Source of the DNA: a virus
Lineage: Duplodnaviria > Caudoviricetes
Strand: one strand, 5' to 3'
Virus record (IMG/VR): IMGVR_UViG_3300034170_000057
Length of the DNA: 64,000 nt
Shown here: positions 55,593-64,000 of the stretch, in pieces
How positions within the stretch are numbered: the stretch's first letter is position 1
How the letters are laid out: every line of letters starts with the position of its first letter
The notes under the pieces: generated by a model
Told to the model about the DNA's origin: nothing
What the model saw: only the letters and a program-made list of their open reading frames with translations
The model's database searches: none
Made by a program: the position numbers and the translations under genes

Positions 55593-58500
55593 TTAACTCA
55601 ACCCGGAGAAATCAAGATCCGCCCACTTACCTTTCCAACCGGCTGCGCTGCTATCGTAGATAACTTGGCCTGCTTGGTTGTACAGGGTGAACCAGAAATA
55701 GTTTGGATCGCGGGAACGCAAGTTGTAGCAGCGGATTTGGATTTTATTCGGGCCAGCTTTCAGCGGGAATAATGCGCCGCCTATGCTGCGACCTTGGCAG
55801 CCAATATAAACGCCGAGCTGGTCATCTGCACCGCCTATCACGTAGTAATTCCCAGCAGCAGGAATCACAATATCGCGTTCCGCACTCCACCACGCGTAGT
55901 TCGTACCACCCGACGCAATCGAAGTGGAAATATGCGTCATTAAGCGACCGCGATTGTACGTGTTGTACAACGGAACACCCACGGTAGCCGCGACCACATC
56001 ACCAATCGCACTAGCTTCACCCGGCAAACCCGGTTTAGAAACAGAAACCGCTTGACCCGCGCTATTCAGGATTGCCCAGTTGCACCACGCCACGTTGCCG
56101 CCTGTGTTGCGGTAAATAACCGTGAGTGGAACAGCGCCGCCGGGGTGAACAAACGTGAACGAATCCACGTTGCGCCAGTTGGAATTTTTATCACGAACAT
56201 GCACGCAATTGACGTAGAAACTTGCAACGTCATCTGCCGTCCACACCATGGTATAAGTTCCGGCGGGAAGGTTTGGTGAATACTGCAACGAATAATTAAT
56301 ACCGTTCGGTTGACTGCCATTACCATGCAAAGAGGTACGCACTTGCATAGATCCGTAGCCGACTGTGAAATAAGTCGAACCGCCCCCACCGCTTTGCTGT
56401 TGTTGAATCGAATTTCCTGTGATCAAACAACTTGAAGCGAACTGCGCGCAGCTTGGGGGAGTACCTTCGTTGATAGTACGACCGCGCCAGTCAGCTGCGT
56501 TAGACGCGTAGACCACACGGTTTTGCGTATCCATGATTACGATTGCGGCGTAACCTGCACGCGGAGTTTTCGAGGCAGAAATTGCGTAAGTGATATAGAA
56601 CTTTCGTGGGCCTTTATTCATCGGTGCCCAAAAACGAACGCCACCACCTGCGCCACTAACCGAACCCAAAAGGTTGCAGTCCATGTAAATCTGCGCGCCA
56701 TCCATGCCGTGGAAAAATATCGTGTATAAACCAGACGCCGGGATATTAATCGTGGCATCCATTACTTTCTGGCCGCCGCCGAACGTCATGAAATCCCCGG
56801 TGTACATGCTGTATGCACCACGGTTGACATAAGGGTTTAGGCCGTAATTCGTCACGGCATCTTGTGTGTTCTGATCACATTCAAAATGGTTCAGGTTTTT
56901 GATGGTGCCGATTGCGGACATTTTGCCCGGTTCAGCAGTCACCAAGTTTTTCATATTGATTTGGAATGTTACGTCCGGTCCCATCAAATCCGTACCGCAA
57001 ACAGGCACGCACATGCGGGTCGAAATATTACAGGCTTCGATAACACCTTGACCAGAAACCCGGTTGTAATCTGCGCCGTAGGTAATGCGCAGCGGTGGCG
57101 GGTTGGCAGTAATACCGCCCACTTTCGAACGCCACAAATGCGTATACGGATTCGTTGCAAAAACAACTTGGCCCGAGCTATTCAGGATTACCAGTTTCGC
57201 CCAACCCGGTGTGCAGTTCGGGACGTTTAGGTACATGATCGAAAGCGTTTGCCAACCGGCGTTAGCGGTAATGCCTACAGCACCCACGGCTTCCCACGTC
57301 GAACCCTTGCCGAATTTCGGAACACAATCGAGATATACGGTCATGCTATCGTCAGCTGTTCCGACCATTGTGTAGGTGCCGGAATAAGGCAATTCGATTT
57401 CTGTTTCGACCACGTAATACTGGCCGCCGACCGCACAGTTAGGGCTGTGCAAATTCGAGCGAATCCGGTAGCACGAATAACCGATCCAAGTATCGTTGGA
57501 AGAGCCAGCCTCGACGCCGGAACCGGTCGCCAAGATATTGCAGAACGGGCTGTTTGGAACCGATTCCGTAACGGAGCAAGTGCCGTCAGTGGATTCGATT
57601 GCAGTCAGGGGCGTTAAGTCCCAATCGAATGTGGTACGACGCGGAGTTTTGTTTTCCAAAATCGCATCAAAACACAGATAGGAAGTTTCACCCTTTTTAC
57701 CACGAACAATTTCTGCATCCTGAATATTCAGAACAGGCGGCGGCACCGGGCAACTCATGGTGAATGCCCAATCCGGACAGCACGGGCCGATAATGCGCAC
57801 GTGAACTACCGAACCGTTTTGAGGTTCGAACCGGAAGTAGAAACGGTTGTGCCCGTTGATCGTGGAAACCGTACCAGCCAGCAGAGTTTCGTTCGGATAA
57901 CTGCCTTGGTAAAACAGGAATTGCACGGCGTCTGTTGCGAAGTATTCCACCACGATATCGCCGCGCAGTTTACCCGCGTAATCGTAGTAAATATCGGCAG
58001 TGTGCGAACCACGGCTGACAATCGCGTGATACGGATCGAGCGATTCATTCAGAGGCAGACACAAAACGTCGTATGGAACTGGGTCAGGTACACCCATGCA
58101 TTCCATCATGTTGATTCGTGAACCACGCATGCCGGGGCAGAAAATCGAGTAATGCCAATCCAGATACTGGCGCGGTGCCGAATACCGAATAATCACGAAG
58201 TTATCACCGCCGACCACGTTATGGTCGAATGTGAGAGTCGCCGCAACTTGCGTAAGCTGTGCCGTATTATTCGTGGTCAAATCACCGATCAGACCGCCGT
58301 TATAAAACACTTGGAAACGCACAGGGTCTGTACCCTGCACAGTCAGGTCGATATCAACCCGGCCAGTGTTCGGCAAATAATGCACGTTTTCGTAAACTGC
58401 ATCGCCCGGAAGCAAATAGTTTTCATCGTTTACGAAGCACGGCAGGTTCGGCCCAAACGTACCAAAGCACGGTGCAGGCCGTTCAAAGTTTGTAGCCTGT

Positions 58501-59210
58501 TCAACGTTAACGTCGCCCAGTTTCACGCGCCAGCGAGAACCCTTCGGACAATCGACACGAACAGTCAGGAAATTGTTTGCAGGAATAGGATCGCCGCAAT
58601 CATCCTCGGTTGATACCGGTGGTTCGGTGTTGAAAAAGACGTTGAAATAATCACCAGAAACAGCGGAGTCACCAAGCAAAACACAGTCGTTGTAAACGCG
58701 GAAACGCACGCCCGGATCGAGTTCCAATCCACTGACTTCAATGTGGCCGCTGCGTGAACCGGCGTAAACCAGAATTTCGTTTACTTCCGCTTCGTGACCG
58801 AACAAAGTTGTTGGCAACGAATATGCAACGGTTTTATCAATGAGTGGCGAGGTAGAAACAAAACGCCCGCCAGCCATGTTGTAATCAGGCGTGTGCCCGG
58901 TGTAGGTTTTGCAATTGAGGCCATCACAATCGCAAACCAAATAACCAGTTTCGCCGCCAAATTGAAACTGCGACGAATCAAAAATGCCGTTGTATCCCGG
59001 CCAGCAGTCGGCCAGTTGTTCCGGTGGGCAATAAGCCGCGTCCTGATCGCAATTGATTTGAAGCCAATAATCATTCGATCCGTGGCGAACCCGCAAATCA
59101 TTGGTAGGGTCAATGACTTTCCACGTACCATCATCTTGCAGAACTTTCCATTCGCTGGCGCAAATGCCAACCCACGCGCCATTAGGCGACCGGATAGTTA
59201 ATTCGCTCAT
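55593..59210 (-). CDS. Cys-rich multidomain virion protein: beta-sandwich repeats, Calx-beta, four PA14-like domains
   Basis: Repeats ending W..S.FCP/W.FTMSCP; PVLNIQDAEI...ADYNRVSG; four G.YT...ADD/MD...VY..C units. Confidence 0.75.
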   Translation of the reverse strand: MSELTIRSPNGAWVGICASEWKVLQDDGTWKVIDPTNDLRVRHGSNDYWLQINCDQDAAYCPPEQLADCWPGYNGIFDSSQFQFGGETGYLVCDCDGLNCKTYTGHTPDYNMAGGRFVSTSPLIDKTVAYSLPTTLFGHEAEVNEILVYAGSRSGHIEVSGLELDPGVRFRVYNDCVLLGDSAVSGDYFNVFFNTEPPVSTEDDCGDPIPANNFLTVRVDCPKGSRWRVKLGDVNVEQATNFERPAPCFGTFGPNLPCFVNDENYLLPGDAVYENVHYLPNTGRVDIDLTVQGTDPVRFQVFYNGGLIGDLTTNNTAQLTQVAATLTFDHNVVGGDNFVIIRYSAPRQYLDWHYSIFCPGMRGSRINMMECMGVPDPVPYDVLCLPLNESLDPYHAIVSRGSHTADIYYDYAGKLRGDIVVEYFATDAVQFLFYQGSYPNETLLAGTVSTINGHNRFYFRFEPQNGSVVHVRIIGPCCPDWAFTMSCPVPPPVLNIQDAEIVRGKKGETSYLCFDAILENKTPRRTTFDWDLTPLTAIESTDGTCSVTESVPNSPFCNILATGSGVEAGSSNDTWIGYSCYRIRSNLHSPNCAVGGQYYVVETEIELPYSGTYTMVGTADDSMTVYLDCVPKFGKGSTWEAVGAVGITANAGWQTLSIMYLNVPNCTPGWAKLVILNSSGQVVFATNPYTHLWRSKVGGITANPPPLRITYGADYNRVSGQGVIEACNISTRMCVPVCGTDLMGPDVTFQINMKNLVTAEPGKMSAIGTIKNLNHFECDQNTQDAVTNYGLNPYVNRGAYSMYTGDFMTFGGGQKVMDATINIPASGLYTIFFHGMDGAQIYMDCNLLGSVSGAGGGVRFWAPMNKGPRKFYITYAISASKTPRAGYAAIVIMDTQNRVVYASNAADWRGRTINEGTPPSCAQFASSCLITGNSIQQQQSGGGGSTYFTVGYGSMQVRTSLHGNGSQPNGINYSLQYSPNLPAGTYTMVWTADDVASFYVNCVHVRDKNSNWRNVDSFTFVHPGGAVPLTVIYRNTGGNVAWCNWAILNSAGQAVSVSKPGLPGEASAIGDVVAATVGVPLYNTYNRGRLMTHISTSIASGGTNYAWWSAERDIVIPAAGNYYVIGGADDQLGVYIGCQGRSIGGALFPLKAGPNKIQIRCYNLRSRDPNYFWFTLYNQAGQVIYDSSAAGWKGKWADLDFSGLS

Positions 59211-59240
59211 AGTACAAGTTCCACCATCAATTTAGTTTCT

Positions 59241-59247
59241 GTATTTA
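59241..59247 (-). promoter_or_regulatory. TAAATAC motif inside an imperfect palindrome upstream of the 1205-aa gene
   Basis: On - strand GTTTCTATGTAATTTAAATACAGAAAC; intergenic. Confidence 0.45.
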
Positions 59248-59305
59248 AATTACATAGAAACAATGAAGGCCCCAACAAAGGAGCCTTTTTATTGCATGTT
59301 TCCAG

Positions 59306-59821
59306 TTATGGTTTCACCCACAAAGCGCCAGCTTTTACAGTCGTGCCTTCCATTGCGCTTGGGTCCGCGCTTTGAATGAAGACCTGCACAAAACCGTCAG
59401 AACCGCGTGGACCCGGTTCGCCTTTTGGACCCGCTGGGCCTTGAATACCTTGTGGACCGCGTGGACCTTCCGGGCCAGTATCACCGCGTGGACCCGCTGG
59501 GCCTTGGCAACCTGTTGCGCCTTGTTCCCCATCACGCCCGTTTGTTCCGTCGCGCCCGTTTTCACCAGCGAAACCACGCGGGCCAGCAGGGCCTTGAATG
59601 ATCGAGTTCGCTGTATAAAAACCGTCAACTTCGACGTAAGTACCATCGGACATTTTCAAACGCAAAAGTCCGCTCTGATTCAACGTACCCGCAACCAATG
59701 CAGGAACTGCGTTTTCATCAGTGGTTGCAACTTCTACTTTCGTGCCCGTGTTTTTGAGATTTCGGCCTGTCTGTCCACGGGCATGCAGCATGGAAACAGG
59801 AACCCGCGTAAGCTCTGTCAT
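59306..59821 (-). CDS. Short collagen-like protein
   Basis: [10 protein letters not shown]-term; G-X-Y run; C-term VFIQSADP...GALWVKP. Confidence 0.85.
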   Translation of the reverse strand: MTELTRVPVSMLHARGQTGRNLKNTGTKVEVATTDENAVPALVAGTLNQSGLLRLKMSDGTYVEVDGFYTANSIIQGPAGPRGFAGENGRDGTNGRDGEQGATGCQGPAGPRGDTGPEGPRGPQGIQGPAGPKGEPGPRGSDGFVQVFIQSADPSAMEGTTVKAGALWVKP

Positions 59822-59834
59822 AAGTCACCCTGAA

Positions 59835-59840
59835 TATTTA
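59835..59840 (-). promoter_or_regulatory. TAAATA motif after stop codon, upstream of short collagen gene
   Basis: On - strand TGA-TAAATATTCAGGGTGACTTATG. Confidence 0.35.
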
Positions 59841-60827
59841 TCACAAAGACGGGCCTTTAAGTGTGTACGACCAATCGTCACCGCTGGCGTCACCACCGAT
59901 TTCCACACGAATATCGAAATTCACGCCGTCCGGTTCCCATTGGAATTCCAAAGTGCCCGGTGCGATTACGGTGCCGTAAACCCGACCATTTGTGCTGGCG
60001 ATTTTTACGTTCTTGTAATACACATCAAACGAATTCAATGCCTCGCCTGTTACGTAAACCAGACGTACACGACCCGGCGTTCTGCCGAGGAAATGCGGAA
60101 CGAAACAAATACCACCGTCACGTTTTGCAACCTGATCCGGCATTACAGGCTCAGGCAAACACACAGGCGGTTCCGGGCACGGTGGCGGATTGTAAACACC
60201 GCACAAATAATCAATTGCGGGATTCACCCACAACAAACCATCTACACGATCTTTTTCTTCCGGTTCCGTGGTCGAAACCACAATGTGCATATAACCTTCG
60301 GGGCCTTTCGGGCCGGGGCGGCCTTGTGGGCCTTGTTCACCGCGTGGACCTTGTGCGCCCATTGGCCCCTGCGGACCTGTAGGGCCTACAATTCCCTGTA
60401 ATCCCTGCGGGCCTTGGGGGCCTGTTGGGCCAGCGGGACCGGGTTGACCAGTACGACCGGTTTCACCCTTTGGACCCGTTTGACCAATTACGCCTTGAGG
60501 CCCTGCACAACCAGCAGAACCCGCCGCGCCATCGCGCCCATCTTTTCCATTCTTTCCGTCAGTACCGGAGAGCCCCTGCGGGCCGGTTGGACCCGCTGGA
60601 ATTTTAGATGGAACTGGAAAACCCGGAACGCGAATTTCGGTGCCGTTGTAGAAACGAAAAGTAAGCGTGCCCTGCGTTTCATCGTACAGCGCACTTTCAA
60701 CTTCCGAAACATCGGCGTCGGTTGGAGCGGTGGCAGAAAGGCGTTCGTTTTTTACTTCGAGAATACTTGAATTTTTCTCGCCCTTCGCACGAATCATGTA
60801 CGTCGGGATTCTTGTTAGTCCTGTCAT
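59841..60827 (-). CDS. Collagen-like protein with C-terminal beta-sandwich domain
   Basis: [10 protein letters not shown]-term; G-X-Y run; VSTTEP...GLLWVNP; Pro/Cys linker; [12 protein letters not shown]...DWSYTLKGP. Confidence 0.85.
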   Translation of the reverse strand: MTGLTRIPTYMIRAKGEKNSSILEVKNERLSATAPTDADVSEVESALYDETQGTLTFRFYNGTEIRVPGFPVPSKIPAGPTGPQGLSGTDGKNGKDGRDGAAGSAGCAGPQGVIGQTGPKGETGRTGQPGPAGPTGPQGPQGLQGIVGPTGPQGPMGAQGPRGEQGPQGRPGPKGPEGYMHIVVSTTEPEEKDRVDGLLWVNPAIDYLCGVYNPPPCPEPPVCLPEPVMPDQVAKRDGGICFVPHFLGRTPGRVRLVYVTGEALNSFDVYYKNVKIASTNGRVYGTVIAPGTLEFQWEPDGVNFDIRVEIGGDASGDDWSYTLKGPSL

Positions 60828-60835
60828 GAGAATTC

Positions 60836-63334
60836 CTACGGCACGTATTTAATGGAATAGCGATCAGTCCGTGGGCTGAATTCTGCAAGCGTCGTGGTTT
60901 CCTGCCGAATAATAACCCAGTCACGCACGCCTGTTCCGTCGTCGTATTGCACGGTCAAATAGCGCGGTAAACTTGGATTGTATCCGGGTAATCCTTCGTA
61001 GTTACCGAGGATATCGTTCCGCCACAAAATGCCTTCGAATTCCACCTCGAAATTGTTGCCGAGGTTGATAATGTTTACTGCCGGGGCTGCGCGCTTATCC
61101 CACATCACGTAAACGAAATCGTCCACTGTAATTGTGGTTTCGATCACACCCGGAACAGTGGCTGACATTGTGAATTGATTCGTCATCACCTGATCAGCAA
61201 ATTGCTGAATACCTGTCCAGTGCGTGTAATCGCGACCGCTTGGACTTGGATTTGTGACAACACCATACGATTGTTCTTCGTTGGTTATTTCCGATGCGAT
61301 AGGGCCACCAGTAAACAACCGGTTTGCGAACATCGCCACACCCCAGCGCGGGGCACGAATTGGCACTTCGGTTTGTGGCATACAAACACCGTCGTAAGTT
61401 TTCGCAGATGTGATTTTAGAACCGTCCGAATAAGTCGTAACAGTCCACGTCGCAGTGACGTAGGTGTTCGCACCCGGAATACCGCCAGCTGTTTCGCCCG
61501 GTTGGCAATTAACTTGCTCGGTTTTTGTTTCCACATCGACAATCGAAATAGGCCGCGCACATTTCACGAACAGTTTAAATTGTCCAGTGCCGCTGCTAAC
61601 GACACGCAGGCCGCTAACAGTGTTCCAGATATTCGAAAACGTTTCGGTCGCAGTGCTGGTATGCACATCGGTAGCACCCAAACGGAATACGGCGCTGACG
61701 TTGCCAACAACTTGAATCGACACATCCACATGCCCACGAATAAGCGGCGTAGCAAATGCAATGTCGATAATGTCACCGGCATTGAATTGAACCAGTTGAT
61801 CACCGCACGGTAGGGTTTTAACCGATGGACACGTTGCGCTAATCGTCAGGTATTCGTCGAGAACATCGCACTTAACCAACACAACACCATTACCCGGATA
61901 AAAGAACGTAACGTCACGCCCAAATCCGACCAAAACATTATCGCGATAAACCGCAACGTCTTGGCTTGTGGTAATTGTGGTATTGCCAGCGGTCGATCCG
62001 TAACGAACTGTGATATTCGAAAGGGAATCGAAATTGCGAATTACGCCGCAATCAATGGTGCCTGTAACTGGCACACGCACTGGGCAACTCAAACGCATTT
62101 GGAAGTCATTGCCGCGCGCCTTGATAATCAGCGGTAACGATTTGTCATAGGCGAACGGATAACTACCCGATTCAGAAATAAACCGGCTGGTTCCCGAATG
62201 CACAATTTCAAGCGTTGTTCCAGTGACGATCAGGTCGAGGATTGTTTGCCCGCTGATTCCTTTCATGTCCATGGTGATATTGCTATAACCGGCATAAGTA
62301 TTCAGCGTTGCGCCACACTCTGCGTTTAGGTCTACCGGAATTGGATCGGGTGCAACATACGGGCATTTTGCGAAGAGCGATATTTCCCCGTAACCCTCAG
62401 CATTAACCGTTACCTTGCCTTTATCCGGGTTGTAATCGTAGGAGAAATTCACTTCGCCCGCGTGCCCACTCACAACATAAAACGGAACGTTGTTTTGCGA
62501 GAAGGTCAGGGCTGCTGTTTCCACCAGCTGCACACGGAAATCAATGGTGCCGATTTTTACCGGCAATTCCAAGATGGTCAATTGAGGCGCGATGAACTTG
62601 TAGTCTTCGGTCGAATCACAAACGAATTTGTACGACGGAATTACAGGCACTTCCTCTTTGTACGGGCACGTGAAAATGTAATCGACGGCGCCTGTGCCCT
62701 GCGTCAGCAAATACACATCACCGAGGTCAGGATCATATTCAAAACTGAACTGGCCTTCGCGATCCGGCGTCATGGTGAACAGCAGCGTTTTGTCTTGAAA
62801 AACACTGATCAATCCGTTGCCAACAACCTGCCAAATCAAATCAACACGACCGGGATTATCACCCAGTAAAATCGTGTTCTTTTTCATGTAGCCAGCTTGG
62901 TGCCATTGCTTGCCACAAATCAGCGTAGTTTCTACGGGACTCGGTTCTGCAACAACAGGAGGCAAACACGGATCGACCGGGCACAGCAAATGAATGTGCG
63001 CCCGTGCGCCGACTGTGCGGCCTTCATGAGTCAGGATGATTTCATCGTTGTAGCGCTTTTCGTCAAGCGGCGAATAATCAAACGTAAACGATCCACTATC
63101 CGTCTTCAGCGGTGCGGCTGCAATGATTTCGCCGTTCTGGTAAACGTAGATTTCATCCTCAAGACTTTCGCGTCGGAACCAGACAGTTACTGGTCCCTGC
63201 AAATATCCGAGGTAATACGAAATCTTGTGTTTTCCTTTGCCACAAAGCGTAATCCAATCGCCGCATTTCGCTATGATCTTTTGCGGTTCCAATGACTGGG
63301 GCGCAATGACCGGTAACGAACTGCAATCTTTCAT
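60836..63334 (-). CDS. Virion protein built from six Cys-bracketed beta-sandwich repeats plus C-terminal domain
   Basis: Units start CG/CD and end CP/CA (HLLCP, IFTCP, FAKCP, RLSCP, SATCP, FVKCA); SD AAGGA. Confidence 0.75.
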   Translation of the reverse strand: MKDCSSLPVIAPQSLEPQKIIAKCGDWITLCGKGKHKISYYLGYLQGPVTVWFRRESLEDEIYVYQNGEIIAAAPLKTDSGSFTFDYSPLDEKRYNDEIILTHEGRTVGARAHIHLLCPVDPCLPPVVAEPSPVETTLICGKQWHQAGYMKKNTILLGDNPGRVDLIWQVVGNGLISVFQDKTLLFTMTPDREGQFSFEYDPDLGDVYLLTQGTGAVDYIFTCPYKEEVPVIPSYKFVCDSTEDYKFIAPQLTILELPVKIGTIDFRVQLVETAALTFSQNNVPFYVVSGHAGEVNFSYDYNPDKGKVTVNAEGYGEISLFAKCPYVAPDPIPVDLNAECGATLNTYAGYSNITMDMKGISGQTILDLIVTGTTLEIVHSGTSRFISESGSYPFAYDKSLPLIIKARGNDFQMRLSCPVRVPVTGTIDCGVIRNFDSLSNITVRYGSTAGNTTITTSQDVAVYRDNVLVGFGRDVTFFYPGNGVVLVKCDVLDEYLTISATCPSVKTLPCGDQLVQFNAGDIIDIAFATPLIRGHVDVSIQVVGNVSAVFRLGATDVHTSTATETFSNIWNTVSGLRVVSSGTGQFKLFVKCARPISIVDVETKTEQVNCQPGETAGGIPGANTYVTATWTVTTYSDGSKITSAKTYDGVCMPQTEVPIRAPRWGVAMFANRLFTGGPIASEITNEEQSYGVVTNPSPSGRDYTHWTGIQQFADQVMTNQFTMSATVPGVIETTITVDDFVYVMWDKRAAPAVNIINLGNNFEVEFEGILWRNDILGNYEGLPGYNPSLPRYLTVQYDDGTGVRDWVIIRQETTTLAEFSPRTDRYSIKYVP
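60845..60851 (-). promoter_or_regulatory. TAAATAC motif at end of upstream gene, before collagen gene
   Basis: On - strand ATTAAATACGTGCCGTAGGAATTCTCATG; lies within coding sequence so may be chance. Confidence 0.3.
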
Positions 63335-63353
63335 GATTTATTCCTTCAATTCG

Positions 63354-63998
63354 TTACACATACGACACTGGTCGGGTGCCTACATCGGTCAGGTCAAAGG
63401 TTGCTGGGCAATGTGCTGGCGTGCAGTCTTCAGCAGCGGCCCAAATTAAATCGGTATTTTTCGGATACGGCCCGGTTTGAACATAGGCGCTCATTGTTTT
63501 ACCAACGGGGCCGCACGGACCACGCGAAGTTGTTGGGCAAGAAAAACCACACAATCCGCGTTTACCTTCGAAGCCCGGTATGCCAGTTGCACCAACGTCA
63601 CCGCGTGGGCCGGTTGGACCTAATGCGCCGTAGGGGCCTGCTGCACCCACTTCACCCTCTTTCCCCGGATCACCAATAGGACCGTCGCGGCCCTCGATTC
63701 CCTGATTGCCTGCGCATCCTGTAGTGCCGTCTTTTCCTTCAATGCCGTCGTCGCCCAGTGTTCCGTCTTTGCCCGGATCACCACGCGTTCCAGCTGGCCC
63801 AACGCCGAAATCTTTTTGGCGCAGAAAAGAAGTAACTTCGAAATGCGTTCCGTTTTTACGATAAAAAGTCAGCACGCCAGTTTGATCGTCAAAAACGATT
63901 TCAGCCAAGCGCAATGCACTACGGGCAGACGGTGTTGAGAAATAAACCTCATCGGCGTCAGTTCGATACGCCTGTTCACCGTCATAACCGGGTGCGTC
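63354..63998 (-). CDS. Collagen-like protein, 5' end beyond window edge
   Basis: Frame of track ORF 63354..63914 stays open to the window end (DAPGYDGEQAYRTDADEVYFSTPSARSALRLAE...); G-X-Y run; family FD..TG.L.F...NGT motif. Confidence 0.8.
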   Translation of the reverse strand, partial: DAPGYDGEQAYRTDADEVYFSTPSARSALRLAEIVFDDQTGVLTFYRKNGTHFEVTSFLRQKDFGVGPAGTRGDPGKDGTLGDDGIEGKDGTTGCAGNQGIEGRDGPIGDPGKEGEVGAAGPYGALGPTGPRGDVGATGIPGFEGKRGLCGFSCPTTSRGPCGPVGKTMSAYVQTGPYPKNTDLIWAAAEDCTPAHCPATFDLTDVGTRPVSYV

Positions 63999-64000
63999 AA

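Noticed and set aside
54800-63800. Near-tandem 9/18-bp GC-rich repeats (GGGCCAGTTGCACC, GGACCCGCTGGGCC) as possible CRISPR/VNTR or DGR repeats
   Set aside because: They are Gly-X-Y collagen codons; no spacers, no reverse transcriptase and no adenine-specific TR/VR pair seen
59306-63914. RGD tripeptides in collagen-like proteins as integrin-binding motifs
   Set aside because: Expected by chance from Gly-X-Y with frequent R and D; not at a conserved position
1-64000. tRNA, rRNA, tmRNA, CRISPR array, integrase/transposase, introns/inteins
   Set aside because: No cloverleaf/T-loop signatures in the short intergenic gaps, no repeat-spacer periodicity and no recognisable recombinase or splicing motifs by eye; tRNAscan/Infernal not run

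Overview
64 kb segment of a large lytic (jumbo-type) tailed phage genome, roughly 50% GC by eye. It has no rRNA, tRNA, CRISPR array, integrase or transposase that I can see. The host is probably a pseudomonad, because one ORF carries an Arc domain almost identical in motif to Pseudomonas AmrZ. The many collagen-like and paralogous virion genes resemble the Lu11/PaBG/phiRSL1/Y3-like jumbo myoviruses (recognition from memory, not a search result). There are two convergent blocks separated by a bidirectional terminator at ~35470-35514. (1) 1-35456, + strand: about 62 tightly packed, often translationally coupled small ORFs, mostly hypothetical. They include DNA-binding proteins (XRE-like HTH, AP2-like, RHH, Arc/AmrZ, wHTH), two Nudix proteins, a NADAR, an HD hydrolase, DUF4326, a YgiB/YgiC-like lipoprotein + ATP-grasp pair, a miniature kinase-fold protein, broken P-loop fragments, a paralog family of which one member carries a translation initiation factor IF2 N-domain, and other paralog expansions. 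(2) 35523-64000, - strand: a probable lysis cassette, a four-gene envelope module, and about 26 kb of virion fibre/appendage genes (collagen-like proteins, Cys-bracketed beta-sandwich repeats, Calx-beta with inserted lectins, PA14-like, LamG, Gly-rich). A recurrent intergenic (TG)TAAATA motif, usually followed by a leader hairpin, is the likely phage promoter. All domain calls are by-eye motif recognition without database searches. Start codons were adjusted from the ORF track where an SD sequence or stop/start overlap supports it. The first and last ORFs are cut by the window edges.
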